A stretch of DNA of 64,000 nt from an uncultured Acidobacteriota bacterium (GCA_963764715.1 CAVXTP010000010.1:1-64000), one strand, 5' to 3'. Positions 43,539-53,680 are shown, numbered from the stretch's first letter. Notes: generated from the sequence alone by a model not told the origin. A program made the numbers and translations.

Positions 43539-44510
43539 ATGGCCGAAAAAAGATCGAATTCTCTCCGGTCGCACTTCCGAACGCGCAACCGGCCGCTCGC
43601 GCGCGAGATCGAGGCCGTCGAGCGGGCCGCCGACCTGCCGTCCACGATCCTGATCCTCGGGGAGAGCGGGACGGGCAAAGACCGCCTCGCCCGCGCCATC
43701 CACGACGTCTCGAACCGCGGCGGAAGCCCCTTCGTGCGCGTCGACGCGGCCAATCTCTCCGACGAGCTCTTCGAGAGCGAGCTCTTCGGCCACGAACGGG
43801 GGGCCTTCACCGGGGCCATCGCGGCCAAGAAGGGCCTGCTCGAGGTGGCGGAAGGGGGCACGGTCTACCTCGACGAGGTGTCGTCCCTGTCGCCCGCCGC
43901 GCAGGCCAAGTTCCTGCGCGTCCTCCAGGAGAAGAACTTCCGGCGCCTCGCGGGCGTGACGACGCACCCCTTCCGCGCGCGGCTCATCGTGTCCTCGCGA
44001 CGGGACCTCGCGTCGCTCGTCGAGCGGGGCGGGTTCCGCGACGACCTCTTCTATCGAATCGACGTCGTCTCGATCCGCCTCCCGAGGCTCGCCGAGCGGC
44101 CCGAGGACGTCCTGCCGCTCGCGCGGGAGTTTCTCCGGCGCGCCGCGCGCGCCTACGACCGGCCGGCGCGCCGCTTCACGAAGGAGGCCGAGTCCACGCT
44201 CGCGCGTCATGCGTGGCCCGGCAACGTCCGCGAGCTGCTCCACGCGGTCGAGAAAGCCGTTCTCACCGCGGATTCAACGGACATCGGACCGCAGGACCTT
44301 CCGACCGGGGCGCTCGGCGCGCCGGAGTCGCTCCTCTCGGCCGGGGTCGAGCAGCGCTGGACGCTCCGCGAGCTCTCGGACGCCTACATCGAGGAAACGC
44401 TCCGGCGGGCCGGCGGGAATCGCTCTCTGGCGGCGAAGCGGCTCGGGGTGTCGCGCAAGTTCCTGTGGGAACGCGAGAAAAAACGGCCCTCGAAACCGGC
44501 TGTTAAGTGA
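43539..44510 (+). CDS. Sigma54-dependent enhancer-binding protein (AAA+ and HTH only)
   Basis: GESGTGKD, ESELFGHERGAFTGA, YLDEV, FRDDLFYR, WPGNVREL, Fis-type HTH. Confidence 0.92.
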   Translation: MAEKRSNSLRSHFRTRNRPLAREIEAVERAADLPSTILILGESGTGKDRLARAIHDVSNRGGSPFVRVDAANLSDELFESELFGHERGAFTGAIAAKKGLLEVAEGGTVYLDEVSSLSPAAQAKFLRVLQEKNFRRLAGVTTHPFRARLIVSSRRDLASLVERGGFRDDLFYRIDVVSIRLPRLAERPEDVLPLAREFLRRAARAYDRPARRFTKEAESTLARHAWPGNVRELLHAVEKAVLTADSTDIGPQDLPTGALGAPESLLSAGVEQRWTLRELSDAYIEETLRRAGGNRSLAAKRLGVSRKFLWEREKKRPSKPAVK

Positions 44511-44611
44511 CGGATTTCGCTCGACTTCCTGACGGAATCGGTTATCATCGCGGATCCAAAATGCTGCCCCTTCGGACAGGGAGAGGGGGCCCGAGAAAAG
44601 GAGTATCAGGA

Positions 44612-45001
44612 ATGCCTTCGACAGCGGCCAAGGCCGTCCGGATGAGCAAGAAGGACATGGAGAAATACCGGCGCCTTCTCGAGGACAAGAAGGCGAGCCT
44701 TTCGTCGGACCTCGCCAAGACCCGGAGCGCCGAGGAAGAGACCGGAGACGAAGCCACCCAGGACATCGCCGACAAGGCCGTGTCCTCGTACACCCGCGAG
44801 TTCCTGTATTCGCTGACCGACGGCGAGCGCTCGACGCTGCTCCAGATCGACGACGCGCTCGGCCGGATCGACGACGCCACGTACGGACTCTGCATCAACT
44901 GCGGCCAGCCCATGGCCGAGAAGCGCCTCACGGCGGTTCCCTGGGCTCCCTACTGCGTCGACTGCCAGGAGCTCGCCGAGAAGGGGATGCTCCCCAACTA
45001 A
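44612..45001 (+). CDS. dksA: DksA/TraR family C4-zinc-finger protein
   Basis: DIADKA (DxxDxA), YGLCINC...CVDCQ; AAGGAG SD. Confidence 0.88.
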   Translation: MPSTAAKAVRMSKKDMEKYRRLLEDKKASLSSDLAKTRSAEEETGDEATQDIADKAVSSYTREFLYSLTDGERSTLLQIDDALGRIDDATYGLCINCGQPMAEKRLTAVPWAPYCVDCQELAEKGMLPN

Positions 45002-45026
45002 GCCCGCAAAGTTCCTTTGCTCGTGG

Positions 45027-45059
45027 GGCCCCGCCGGTGACGCCGGCGGGGCCTTTTTT
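45027..45059 (+). terminator. Intrinsic terminator after dksA
   Basis: GGCCCCGCCGG-TGACG-CCGGCGGGGCC followed by T6. Confidence 0.88.
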
Positions 45060-45128
45060 CGTGGGGTGGGAGAGATCCGATGCATTTCCATCACGTTTCC
45101 GCACCCCGAATCCGTAACAGTAAGGAAG

Positions 45129-47084
45129 ATGGCGATCACCATGCCTGCGGTCTGGCTCTGGCTGATCTCGGGAGCGCTTCTTGTGTTCCCGTCGAGGCCT
45201 AACTCCGAGACGGCCGCGCGCGAGCCGGTCGAGACGCGCTCTTGGATGCTCGCCGGCCCGTACTCGGCCTACGTGGCCCGGATCGCAGTCGATCCGCGGA
45301 ATGCCGACGTCGTCTACATGGCGGCCGACTATGAGTTGTTCCAGAGCGAGGACGGAGGTCAGTCGTGGCAGCCCAACCGCGCCGTCTCGTACGTGCCCAG
45401 CGTTACTCTCGACCCCTCCCGCCCCGACGTCGTCTTCGTCGCAGGCAACGGCGTGCGTCGGTCCGACGACGGCGGCCGGACGTGGGCGGTCATGAACGCC
45501 GGGCTCGCGAGCCTCGACACCGACGAGATCGCGGTCGCGCCCTCCCGACCGGACACGGTGTACTGCCACACGAGCCTCGACGTCTACCGAAGTCTGAGCC
45601 GCGGACAGACATGGCTCCGCCTGGACGGTCCCTGGCCCGGTGGCGCGTCGATCTCGTGGTTGCGGGTGGACCCTCGATTCGCGGATACGGTCTACGTCGG
45701 AGTGACCGAGGGCCTGGCGTATAGGACGCGGGACGGCGGCCGTCACTGGGCGCCCATCGGGCTCGGACTATCGTCACCCGTGGCACCCATCGCGGTGGAC
45801 CCGACCGACTCGCGGATCCTCTATTCCGGCGGCTTCAAGAGCATGGATGGGGGGTACCTGTGGGGCCCGATGTTCACGCAGGGTTGGGAGGCCGCCGTGG
45901 ACCCGAGCGAGCCGTCGACGCTGTATCTCGCCGGAGACGAAGGCGTCTCGAAGAGCACCGACGCCGGACGCCGCTGGACGTTCCACGGCGAGGGCTTCCC
46001 GCCGGCGGTCTTCGTTCAGACCCTTGCGGTCGCTCCCGGGAGCACGTCGATTCTCTACGCCGGGACCAGCGGAGACGGCGTGTACCGAAGCGACGACGGA
46101 GGCGTGACGTGGAGTCCGAGATGCCGGGGTCTGACGCCCGTCGCCGTCGGGTCGGTGGCGGTGAGCACGACTTCCGCCTCGACGAGCATCTACGCCGGAA
46201 CCAGCTTCGAAGAGCACGGCAAACTCTACGGGGACTCCGGCCCGACCGGGAGTTGGATCGACGTGGGGCCGCGGGAAGGACGGGCTCTTCTCCCGGACGT
46301 GACGGTCGCCCTCGATCCACGGGCTCCGGCCACCCTGTACGTGGCCGAGGGACGCTGCTACGACAGGCTGGGGCTGTGCGACGGCGGGCTGTTTCGCAGC
46401 CTCGATGCCGGCCTTCACTGGACCCGTCTCCGGGACGAGTCCACGATCGGCGTGTTCCTCGATCCCCGAAATCCGGCGATCCTCTACGCCATCGTCCAGC
46501 AGTATCTTGCCAACCCGGCCGGGTTGCCTCCCTTCCTGCACGCGCAGCACGGCGTGACCAGCGCGGACGGCGGCGCGACGTGGAGCGACGTGAACCTTCC
46601 TTCACCGACCGTACTTGCATTCGAAGCGGCGGGCGCCGGCATCTTCGCCGGGACGGCTGCCGATGGGGTCTTCCGCTCCACGGACGGCGGTGCGAGCTGG
46701 GCGCCTTTCTCCATCGGGCTGCCCGCATCGGCGATCCGGGCGCTGGCTGTGAACCCTCGAGCCGGCTCGACCGTGTTTGCCTCGACGGATGTCGGAGTGT
46801 TCCGCAGTACCGACTCGGGCTCGTCGTGGGAAGCGACCGACCTCGCGATTCCCGCGTGGTGCCTGGTCTTCGACGCGAGCCCGAGCCCGTTCCTCTATGC
46901 CGGGACCTCGGACGGCGTCCGGCGGAGCGGGGATGGTTTGCGCTGGCGCCCGGTGGGCGGGGGTCTCGGCGAAGTGCGCGGCCTGGCGATCGATCCGACG
47001 GGCCGCCGGATCTGGGCGGCGACCGCGAGCGGACTTTTCGTATGGGACACGCCTCGGGGGCCAACGCACACCGTCGCGCGCTAG
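45129..47084 (+). CDS. Secreted BNR/Asp-box (VPS10/sialidase-like) beta-propeller protein
   Basis: Many SxDGGxxW Asp-box repeats; signal peptide. Confidence 0.85.
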   Translation: MAITMPAVWLWLISGALLVFPSRPNSETAAREPVETRSWMLAGPYSAYVARIAVDPRNADVVYMAADYELFQSEDGGQSWQPNRAVSYVPSVTLDPSRPDVVFVAGNGVRRSDDGGRTWAVMNAGLASLDTDEIAVAPSRPDTVYCHTSLDVYRSLSRGQTWLRLDGPWPGGASISWLRVDPRFADTVYVGVTEGLAYRTRDGGRHWAPIGLGLSSPVAPIAVDPTDSRILYSGGFKSMDGGYLWGPMFTQGWEAAVDPSEPSTLYLAGDEGVSKSTDAGRRWTFHGEGFPPAVFVQTLAVAPGSTSILYAGTSGDGVYRSDDGGVTWSPRCRGLTPVAVGSVAVSTTSASTSIYAGTSFEEHGKLYGDSGPTGSWIDVGPREGRALLPDVTVALDPRAPATLYVAEGRCYDRLGLCDGGLFRSLDAGLHWTRLRDESTIGVFLDPRNPAILYAIVQQYLANPAGLPPFLHAQHGVTSADGGATWSDVNLPSPTVLAFEAAGAGIFAGTAADGVFRSTDGGASWAPFSIGLPASAIRALAVNPRAGSTVFASTDVGVFRSTDSGSSWEATDLAIPAWCLVFDASPSPFLYAGTSDGVRRSGDGLRWRPVGGGLGEVRGLAIDPTGRRIWAATASGLFVWDTPRGPTHTVAR

Positions 47085-47108
47085 GCGCCCGGCGTTAGAC
47101 TCCGCCTC

Positions 47109-48464
47109 GTGACCAAGGCGGTCTTTTCCGACAAAGCCGTGCCCGGTTTCGCCGACGCGCCCGCGGCGATCCTCGTGACCGGGGACGTCGAGTTCTTCGT
47201 CGAGGAGGCCGCCGGGAGGGCGCGGGAGATCCTGGCAGGGAAAGACGACGCGGAGGTCCTGCGCTTCGAGGACGACGCGCCGGTCGAATCCGTCTCGGAC
47301 GCGCTGCTGAACCGCTCGCTCTTCTCGCCGCGGCGGATCGTCGAGCTCGACATTTCGCGGCTCCTCGGCACGGAGGCGCCGGGGCGGCTCCTCGTCAAGG
47401 CGCTCGAGGCCTGGGAGGCCGGCAAGCGGCGCGAGGCCTTCAAGCAGGCCCGGGCGCTGCTCGCGGCGCTCGACCTGACGCTCGAGGCTCCCGAGGAGAC
47501 GGCCGAGGCCGCGGCGCGCAAGGTCCGCCGGAAGGACGAGGCGCCGCTTCTCGCCGAGATCCTCAAGGAGCTGCCGGACGAGAAGGGCGGGGGAGCGGCG
47601 GTGCTTCGCTCGGCGCTGCGGTCGCTGCTGGCGCGCGACGAGAACGACGGGACCGTGGCGCTCCTGACGGCCGTGGCTCCGCCGGCCGGCGTCGACCTCG
47701 TCAAGGAGATCGCGGAGCGGGGACTCGTGCTCGAGACCTCGGTCGGCGACGACGCCGAGCCGGCGCTCCGGCGGCTGGCGGCGGCGCGCGCGAAGGAACG
47801 CGAGGTCGTCCTCGATCCGGCGGCGGTCGAGCGCCTCCTCGTCCGCACGGACTCGCGGGCGGCGGCCTTCGCCCTGGAGCTCGAGAAGCTCCTCGAGTGG
47901 GCGGGCAAGGGCGGGCGCATCCGGGCCGCGGACATCGAGTCGAACGTCGAGGACGAGTCCTCCGAGGACGTCTACGGGCTCTTCGACGCCCTCGGCCGTC
48001 GCGACGCCGGGGACGTCCTGGCGAGGCTCGAGAGGCTGCTCGACGGCCGCGACGTGCGCGCCGGCGACCGCGAGTTCCGCAAGATCGAGGACATCTGGCC
48101 CGTCCAGCTCCTCGGGATGCTCGCGGGCGAGATCCGGCGGATGCTGCTGATCCGGGCGCGGCTCGACGAAGGGGGGACGACGGGGTTCGAGGCCTCGATG
48201 TCCTACCAGACCTTCCAGGCCCGCGTCCTGCCGCGCCTCATGGCCCCCGCGGCGCCGTTCGGCCGGTCGCCCTTCGAGTCGGCCCAGGGCGGGGCGCACC
48301 CATTCGGCCTCTACAAGTCGGCCCAGCGCTCCGCGAAGTACACGACGCGGCAGCTCGCGCGGGCGCTCGCGCGCGCCGCCGACGTCGATACGGCGCTCAA
48401 GAACTCCGCTCCGCCCCTCGAGCTGCTGTCGAGTTACCTGGGCGAGCTCGTCGCGGGAGCCTAG
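47109..48464 (+). CDS. holA: DNA polymerase III delta subunit-like protein, extended
   Basis: SLFSPRRIV, ELEKL, VYGLFDAL, ADVDTALK motifs of HolA; longer than usual. Confidence 0.7.
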   Translation: MTKAVFSDKAVPGFADAPAAILVTGDVEFFVEEAAGRAREILAGKDDAEVLRFEDDAPVESVSDALLNRSLFSPRRIVELDISRLLGTEAPGRLLVKALEAWEAGKRREAFKQARALLAALDLTLEAPEETAEAAARKVRRKDEAPLLAEILKELPDEKGGGAAVLRSALRSLLARDENDGTVALLTAVAPPAGVDLVKEIAERGLVLETSVGDDAEPALRRLAAARAKEREVVLDPAAVERLLVRTDSRAAAFALELEKLLEWAGKGGRIRAADIESNVEDESSEDVYGLFDALGRRDAGDVLARLERLLDGRDVRAGDREFRKIEDIWPVQLLGMLAGEIRRMLLIRARLDEGGTTGFEASMSYQTFQARVLPRLMAPAAPFGRSPFESAQGGAHPFGLYKSAQRSAKYTTRQLARALARAADVDTALKNSAPPLELLSSYLGELVAGA

Positions 48465-48571
48465 GATGTGGGGTCAGACAGACCCCCTAAAACGCGGGGG
48501 GCGGCCGCCACGGTGGGCGCCGCCCTGTCTTTTTGGAAGGTCTCGATGTCTAACCTAATATACGGAGCAAC

Positions 48572-49342
48572 ATGGCCGACAGTTTCAGCATTGATCTTTC
48601 TCCCCGAACTGCCCTGATCACAGGGGGTTCCCGCGGGATCGGCCGGGCGACGGCGGTGCTGCTCGCCCGGGCGGGCGCCCGCGTGGCCGTCAACTACGTC
48701 CGCGACGAGGCCGCGGCCAACGGTCTCGTGCGCGAGATCCGGGCTTCGGGCGGCGAGGCCATGGCGCTCGCCGGCGACGTGGCCCAGGCCGATCAGGCCC
48801 GCCAGCTCGTCCGCGACGTGGTGGCCGCCTGGGGGCGCCTCGACATCATCGTGTTGAACGCCGGCATCTGGGAGGAGGACGTATCGGGGCGGGGCGACGT
48901 CGAGGTCTGGGACCGGACGTACGCGATCAACCTCCGCGGCGCCTTCCTCGTGACCGACGCGGCGACGCCGCACCTCGAGAAGCACGGCGGCTCGATCGTC
49001 TTCGTCTCCTCGACGGCCGGCCAGCGCGGCGAGGCGCGTCACTCGGCCTACGCGGCGTCGAAGGGCGCGCTGATTTCGTACACCAAGTCGCTCGCGGCCG
49101 AGCTCGGCCCGCGCGGGATCCGGGTCAACTGCGTCGCCCCCGGCTGGGTGGACACCGACATGTCGGCCGGGACGCTCGCCAACCCGATCGCCCGGTCCGA
49201 CATCGAGAAGACGATCCCGATCGGGCGCATCGCCTCCGCGGCCGACATCGCCGGCCCGATCCTCTTCCTCGTCTCGGACCTCGCCCGGCACCTCCAGGGC
49301 GAGATCGTGAACGTCAACGGCGGGAGCGTTCTCGTTGGATAG
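48572..49342 (+). CDS. SDR family oxidoreductase (FabG-like)
   Basis: TGGSRGIG, LNAG, YAASK, VNCVAPG. Confidence 0.93.
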   Translation: MADSFSIDLSPRTALITGGSRGIGRATAVLLARAGARVAVNYVRDEAAANGLVREIRASGGEAMALAGDVAQADQARQLVRDVVAAWGRLDIIVLNAGIWEEDVSGRGDVEVWDRTYAINLRGAFLVTDAATPHLEKHGGSIVFVSSTAGQRGEARHSAYAASKGALISYTKSLAAELGPRGIRVNCVAPGWVDTDMSAGTLANPIARSDIEKTIPIGRIASAADIAGPILFLVSDLARHLQGEIVNVNGGSVLVG

Positions 49343-49357
49343 GGGGCGGCTCCGGTC

Positions 49358-49407
49358 GTAGGGGCGGGGCTCGTCCCCGCCCGGGCGGCCGCACGGGCCG
49401 CCTCTAC
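49358..49407. repeat. Back-to-back inverted GTAG REP doublet
   Basis: GTAGGGGCGGGGCTCGTCCCCGCCC immediately followed by GGGCGGCCGCACGGGCCGCCTCTAC. Confidence 0.8.
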
Positions 49408-49426
49408 GCGCGTGAGGCGAGAGCCG

Positions 49427-52400
49427 ATGGAGAAGCTCGACCGGAAGGACCTGCGGTTCCTCGCCGCGTGCCTCCTCGTCATCGCGGCCGGGGCGGCGAT
49501 CACGACGGCCCTGTTCCCGCGCGCCTTTCCCGAGGCCTCGATCGAGTTCAAGGTCAACCGGGGCGAGGCGCGCAAGCTCGCCGAGGCCTTCCTCGCCGAG
49601 CGCGGAGCGAAGCTCGCCGGAACACGCTTCGCCGGGCAGTTCGACGTCGACGAGACGGCCAAGACGTACCTCGAGCGCGAGCTGGGGCTCGAGAACGCCG
49701 GGCGGCTGTATGGCAGAGAAGCCAAGATCTGGCTCTGGCGGATGCGCTGGTTCCGCTCCGGCGTCACCGAGGAGGAGCGCGCGGCCTTCTCGCCGCTCGG
49801 GGACCTCATCGGCTTCCGGTCGGTTCTGAAGGAGGACGCCCGGGGAGCGCGGCTCTCCCGCGAGGAGGCCCGCGCCCTGGCGCTGCGGTTCCTCGCGACG
49901 CGGGGCCTCCCCGAGACGAGCCTGCAGGCGATCGAGGCGACCCCCGTCTCGCGGCCGAACCGGACCGACTGGAATTTCGTCGACGAGAAGGCGGGAGTGA
50001 AGCTCGCCGATGCGACCATCCGCTACGCGACGACGGTCTCGGGCGACCGGGTCACGGCCTTCCGCGAGTTCGTTCACGTCCCGGAGGGCTGGGTCCGGGA
50101 GTACGACCGCCTGCGCGCGAAGAACAACGCCGCGGGCCAGGTCGCGACGGCCGGCCTCATCGCGACCGTCCTCGCGATGCTCGGCGTCCTCGTAGGCAAG
50201 ATCGCCCGCAAGGACGTGCCGTGGCGCCTCGTCGCGGCGTTCGGCGGGATCGGATTCGTGCTGTCGCTGCTGTCGGTCGCCAACGACCTTCCGCTGACGA
50301 TCTTCGGTTACGACACGGCGAGCTCGCTTCAGTCCTACATGACGAGCCAGATCGTCCTCGGCCTGCTCGGGGCGATTGGCACGGGCGCCGGGATCGCGCT
50401 CGTCGTGGCCGCGGCCGAACCCATCTACCGCGAGCGCTTCCCGGAAAAGATCTCGCTCGCGGGCGCGTTCTCGGCGCGCGGCATCCAGACGAAGGGATTC
50501 CTGAAGAGCGTCCTCCTGGGCTACGCGCTGGCCGCCTTCTTCTTCGCCTACCAGGCCGTTTTCTACGTCGTGGCCGGGCACTTCGGGGCCTGGGCGCCGG
50601 CCGACGTTCCGTACAGCGACATGCTGAACACGGCGCTTCCGTGGGCGACGGTGCTCCTGATCGGCTTCCTGCCGGCGGTGACCGAAGAGGGCATCAGCCG
50701 GATGTTCTCGATCTCGTTTCTCGACAAGCTCGGGGCCGGCCGCTTCGTCGCGGTGGTCGTGCCGGCGTTCATCTGGGGGTTCGGGCACTCGACGTATCCG
50801 AACCAGCCCTTCTACATCCGGGGCCTCGAGGTGGGATTCGCCGGCGTCCTGATCGGGTTCCTGATGCTGCGCTTCGGCGTCGTGCCGCTGCTCGTCTGGC
50901 ACTTCACGGTCGACGCGATCTACACGGCGCTCCTGCTGCTGCGCTCGGGCAACGCGTACTACGTCGTCTCGGGGGCGATCGCCTCGGGGATCCTGCTGCT
51001 TCCCCTGCTCGTGTCCCTGCTGCTGCGCGCCCGGAGGGGCGGATTCCTGCCCGCGGCCGGCCTGTCGAACGGGGACCTCGGCTTCGTCCCCGCGCCGGCG
51101 CCGTCCGCCGCCGCGGCGCCGCCGCCGCCCCTCCCGGTCCGGTCGCTCTCCCGCAGGGCGCTCGCTACGATGGGTGTGCTGGCCCTTCTTCTCGGGTCGT
51201 CGCTCGTGATCCCCGGCGACCGCACGGAGGCCGACGCCGAGGACGCGACGGGCCGGGCCGCGGCCGAGGCGATCGCCCGGCGCTTTCTCGAGGTCAACGG
51301 CGCCGACCCCTCGGACTGGCGGAGCGTCACGTACACCGGCACGGGCTTTTCCGACGACGAGGCCGTCCGGGCGGCCAAGCCCCAGGACGAGGGCGGCATC
51401 CCCGCCTTCTCGAGCGAGGCGGCGAAGTACGTCATCGAGAAGGGCGGGCCCGAGGCCTTCCGGCGACTGTCGCAGCGCGAGCTTCCGCTGGCGTACTGGG
51501 TCGTTCGCTACTTCCAGCCCGAGAAGAAGGAGGAGTGGAAGGTCCTCGTCGACGCCCGCCGGTCGCGCGTCGTGGCGTTCGTCCATCCGATCGCCGAGGA
51601 CGCCGCCGCGACGGGCCCCCCGCCGGCCGAGGTTGCGCAGCGTCGGGCCCTCGACGCGGCCGGAAAGCTCGGCTACCCGGCGTCGGCGTATGCGGTCCTG
51701 AACGTCGGCACCGAAGCCCGGCCGCAGCGGGTGGACACCACGGTGGTGCTCGAGGCCAACCCCGGCGGGATCGGCGACGCCCGCCCCCGGCTGACCGCCG
51801 TCTTCCACGGCCGGCAGCTCGCGGCCTTCCTTCCGACGATTCACGTCCCCGAGGATTTCCTGCGGGAACAGCGAAGCCGGTCGACCGGCGACTGGCTGCT
51901 CCTCGCGGTCCGCATCGTCGCGATGGGAGCCCTCGTCGGCGTCGCGATCATCCTCTTCCTGCGGCGCGTCCGGCAGCCCGAGTTCCGGTGGGCGGAGGCG
52001 CGGCGGCCGCTCGTCTGGACGGCCCTGATCGCCGCGGCCGGTCTCGCCAACGCTTTGCCCGCGGTCTTTCGCCGCTACACGACCGAGACGCCCATGTCGC
52101 TCTTCCAGGTCGGCGTCGCCATCTCGATGACGGCGGGCCTCGCCGTGACGCTGCTCGGGGCCCTCGTCGGGTTCGTGCTCATCTCGGGCGCGCGGCCCGG
52201 ATGGGCGCAGGCGCTGCGGCGCGGGGGGACGCCCAAGGGCGCCGTGGTCCGCGCCGCGGTCGCGGCGGCCGGCCTGCTGGGCCTGAGCCGCTGGACGCAC
52301 GTGATCTCCTCCCGGGTGCCCTCCCTCTACGAGCCGGACCCGACGCTGCCGGACAGCCTCGGCTACGCGCTTCCCCCGCTGGAGGTCCTCTGGGCGGCGG

Positions 52401-52846
52401 CGCGGGGAACGTTCCTGATCGCCGTCGTCGCGGCGGTCGTCGCCCTCGCGCTGCGGACCGATTTCTTCCGCACGACGGCGGGAAGGATCCTCGGCGCGGT
52501 GGCGGTGCTCCTCGCCCTGCTGCCTTCGAGCCTCCATTCGCCGTCCGTGCTCGCCACCGATCTGCTGCCCTCGGTCCTCTTCGCCGCGTGGCTCGCGGCG
52601 TCGGCGGCCCTGCTCCTCCGGGACCACGCGGCGGCCTGGGCCCTGTTCGGGATCTTCACCGTCGGGGGCCGGGAGGTCCTGGCGCTCCTCTCGCAGCCGG
52701 CCTCCGTCGACCAGATGGCCGGGTGGGCGGCGGCGGCGCTGCTCGCGGCGGGGGCGGCGGTGCTGCTGGCGGGGCGTCGCGGAAGCGGGCGGCCGCAAGG
52801 GCCGCCCCTACACGCCGAGGCGGAGCTCCCGCCAACTCCGGAGTAG
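49427..52846 (+). CDS. Large multi-domain CPBP (type II CAAX/Abi) intramembrane glutamic endopeptidase
   Basis: EEGISR, WGFGH, WHFTVD CPBP motifs; many TM helices; two soluble extracytoplasmic regions. Confidence 0.82.
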   Translation: MEKLDRKDLRFLAACLLVIAAGAAITTALFPRAFPEASIEFKVNRGEARKLAEAFLAERGAKLAGTRFAGQFDVDETAKTYLERELGLENAGRLYGREAKIWLWRMRWFRSGVTEEERAAFSPLGDLIGFRSVLKEDARGARLSREEARALALRFLATRGLPETSLQAIEATPVSRPNRTDWNFVDEKAGVKLADATIRYATTVSGDRVTAFREFVHVPEGWVREYDRLRAKNNAAGQVATAGLIATVLAMLGVLVGKIARKDVPWRLVAAFGGIGFVLSLLSVANDLPLTIFGYDTASSLQSYMTSQIVLGLLGAIGTGAGIALVVAAAEPIYRERFPEKISLAGAFSARGIQTKGFLKSVLLGYALAAFFFAYQAVFYVVAGHFGAWAPADVPYSDMLNTALPWATVLLIGFLPAVTEEGISRMFSISFLDKLGAGRFVAVVVPAFIWGFGHSTYPNQPFYIRGLEVGFAGVLIGFLMLRFGVVPLLVWHFTVDAIYTALLLLRSGNAYYVVSGAIASGILLLPLLVSLLLRARRGGFLPAAGLSNGDLGFVPAPAPSAAAAPPPPLPVRSLSRRALATMGVLALLLGSSLVIPGDRTEADAEDATGRAAAEAIARRFLEVNGADPSDWRSVTYTGTGFSDDEAVRAAKPQDEGGIPAFSSEAAKYVIEKGGPEAFRRLSQRELPLAYWVVRYFQPEKKEEWKVLVDARRSRVVAFVHPIAEDAAATGPPPAEVAQRRALDAAGKLGYPASAYAVLNVGTEARPQRVDTTVVLEANPGGIGDARPRLTAVFHGRQLAAFLPTIHVPEDFLREQRSRSTGDWLLLAVRIVAMGALVGVAIILFLRRVRQPEFRWAEARRPLVWTALIAAAGLANALPAVFRRYTTETPMSLFQVGVAISMTAGLAVTLLGALVGFVLISGARPGWAQALRRGGTPKGAVVRAAVAAAGLLGLSRWTHVISSRVPSLYEPDPTLPDSLGYALPPLEVLWAAARGTFLIAVVAAVVALALRTDFFRTTAGRILGAVAVLLALLPSSLHSPSVLATDLLPSVLFAAWLAASAALLLRDHAAAWALFGIFTVGGREVLALLSQPASVDQMAGWAAAALLAAGAAVLLAGRRGSGRPQGPPLHAEAELPPTPE

Positions 52847-52867
52847 GGGCGGGGCCCGACCCCGCCC
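52787..52867. repeat. Two divergent GTAG REPs overlapping the 3' end of the CPBP gene
   Basis: GGGCGGCCGCAAGGGCCGCCCCTAC (52787-52811) and GTAGGGGCGGGGCCCGACCCCGCCC (52843-52867). Confidence 0.8.
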
Positions 52868-52870
52868 GCG

Positions 52871-53680
52871 TCACGACCCCGTCGAGTGGTATCGCTTGAC
52901 GCCCACGTTCCACGCGACGAGGGCGATCGAGACGGTGGCGGCGGCGACGAGAGGGACGGCCCAGAACTCCCGGACGAACTCGGGACGCCGCAGGAACCGG
53001 AGCGTCGGAAAGAACGTGGCGAACGCGAACGGGATCACGAACGACAGGACGAACCGGATCCACGCGTCGTAGATCGTGAGCGGATAGCGTCCGAACTGCA
53101 TCAGGTTGAAGATCGGCGGCACGATCCCGATGCGGTCCTCGATCCAGAAGGACGTCGCCGAGAGGCCCACGAAGATCGCGAGATAGATCGCCGACGCGAA
53201 GGCGGCCCACACGAAGAAGAGGACGAAGTCGAGGGGCGAGAACGAGAGGTGCAGGCGGCGCGAGGCCCAGACCACCGCGGCGAGCCCCGTCACCGTCTCC
53301 TGCAGCGACTCGAGGCGGAACGCCTCGAAGAGGACCTGGAAGACCGACGACACCGGGCGCACGAGCACCCGGTCGAACCGCCCCTCGATGAGGTACCGGT
53401 CCGGGAACTGGTAGAGGTTCCAGGACAGCACGTTGAAGATGCCGAGCGGGATCAGCGAAAAGCCGTAGAGGAAGACCATCTCCTCGAAGGTCCAGCCTTT
53501 GACCGCCGGCACGCGCGAGAACACGATCAGGAGGAAGCCGAAGGAGGCCGCGGTCCCCAGAAACGACGCGAAGACGCTCGAGAAGAAGTCGAGGCGGTAC
53601 TCGAGCCTGGCCTTCGCGTACTGCGAGAAGTAGAGGCCGAACAGCCGGCCGTGCCGGGCGAGGGTCGAGGCGGCGCTCAT
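52871..53680 (-). CDS. ABC-2 family transporter permease (DUF990-like)
   Basis: LEYRLDF, GRFDRVLVRP, FGRYPLTIY, RYHSTGS. Confidence 0.9.
   Translation of the reverse strand: MSAASTLARHGRLFGLYFSQYAKARLEYRLDFFSSVFASFLGTAASFGFLLIVFSRVPAVKGWTFEEMVFLYGFSLIPLGIFNVLSWNLYQFPDRYLIEGRFDRVLVRPVSSVFQVLFEAFRLESLQETVTGLAAVVWASRRLHLSFSPLDFVLFFVWAAFASAIYLAIFVGLSATSFWIEDRIGIVPPIFNLMQFGRYPLTIYDAWIRFVLSFVIPFAFATFFPTLRFLRRPEFVREFWAVPLVAAATVSIALVAWNVGVKRYHSTGS

Noticed and set aside
48461-52798. Very long antisense or alternate-frame ORFs (e.g. 1445 aa here, also 5001-8270, 25859-29047, 11807-14410)
   Set aside because: Arg/Pro/Gly-rich shadow ORFs expected from high GC3 codon bias over real genes; no recognisable domains.
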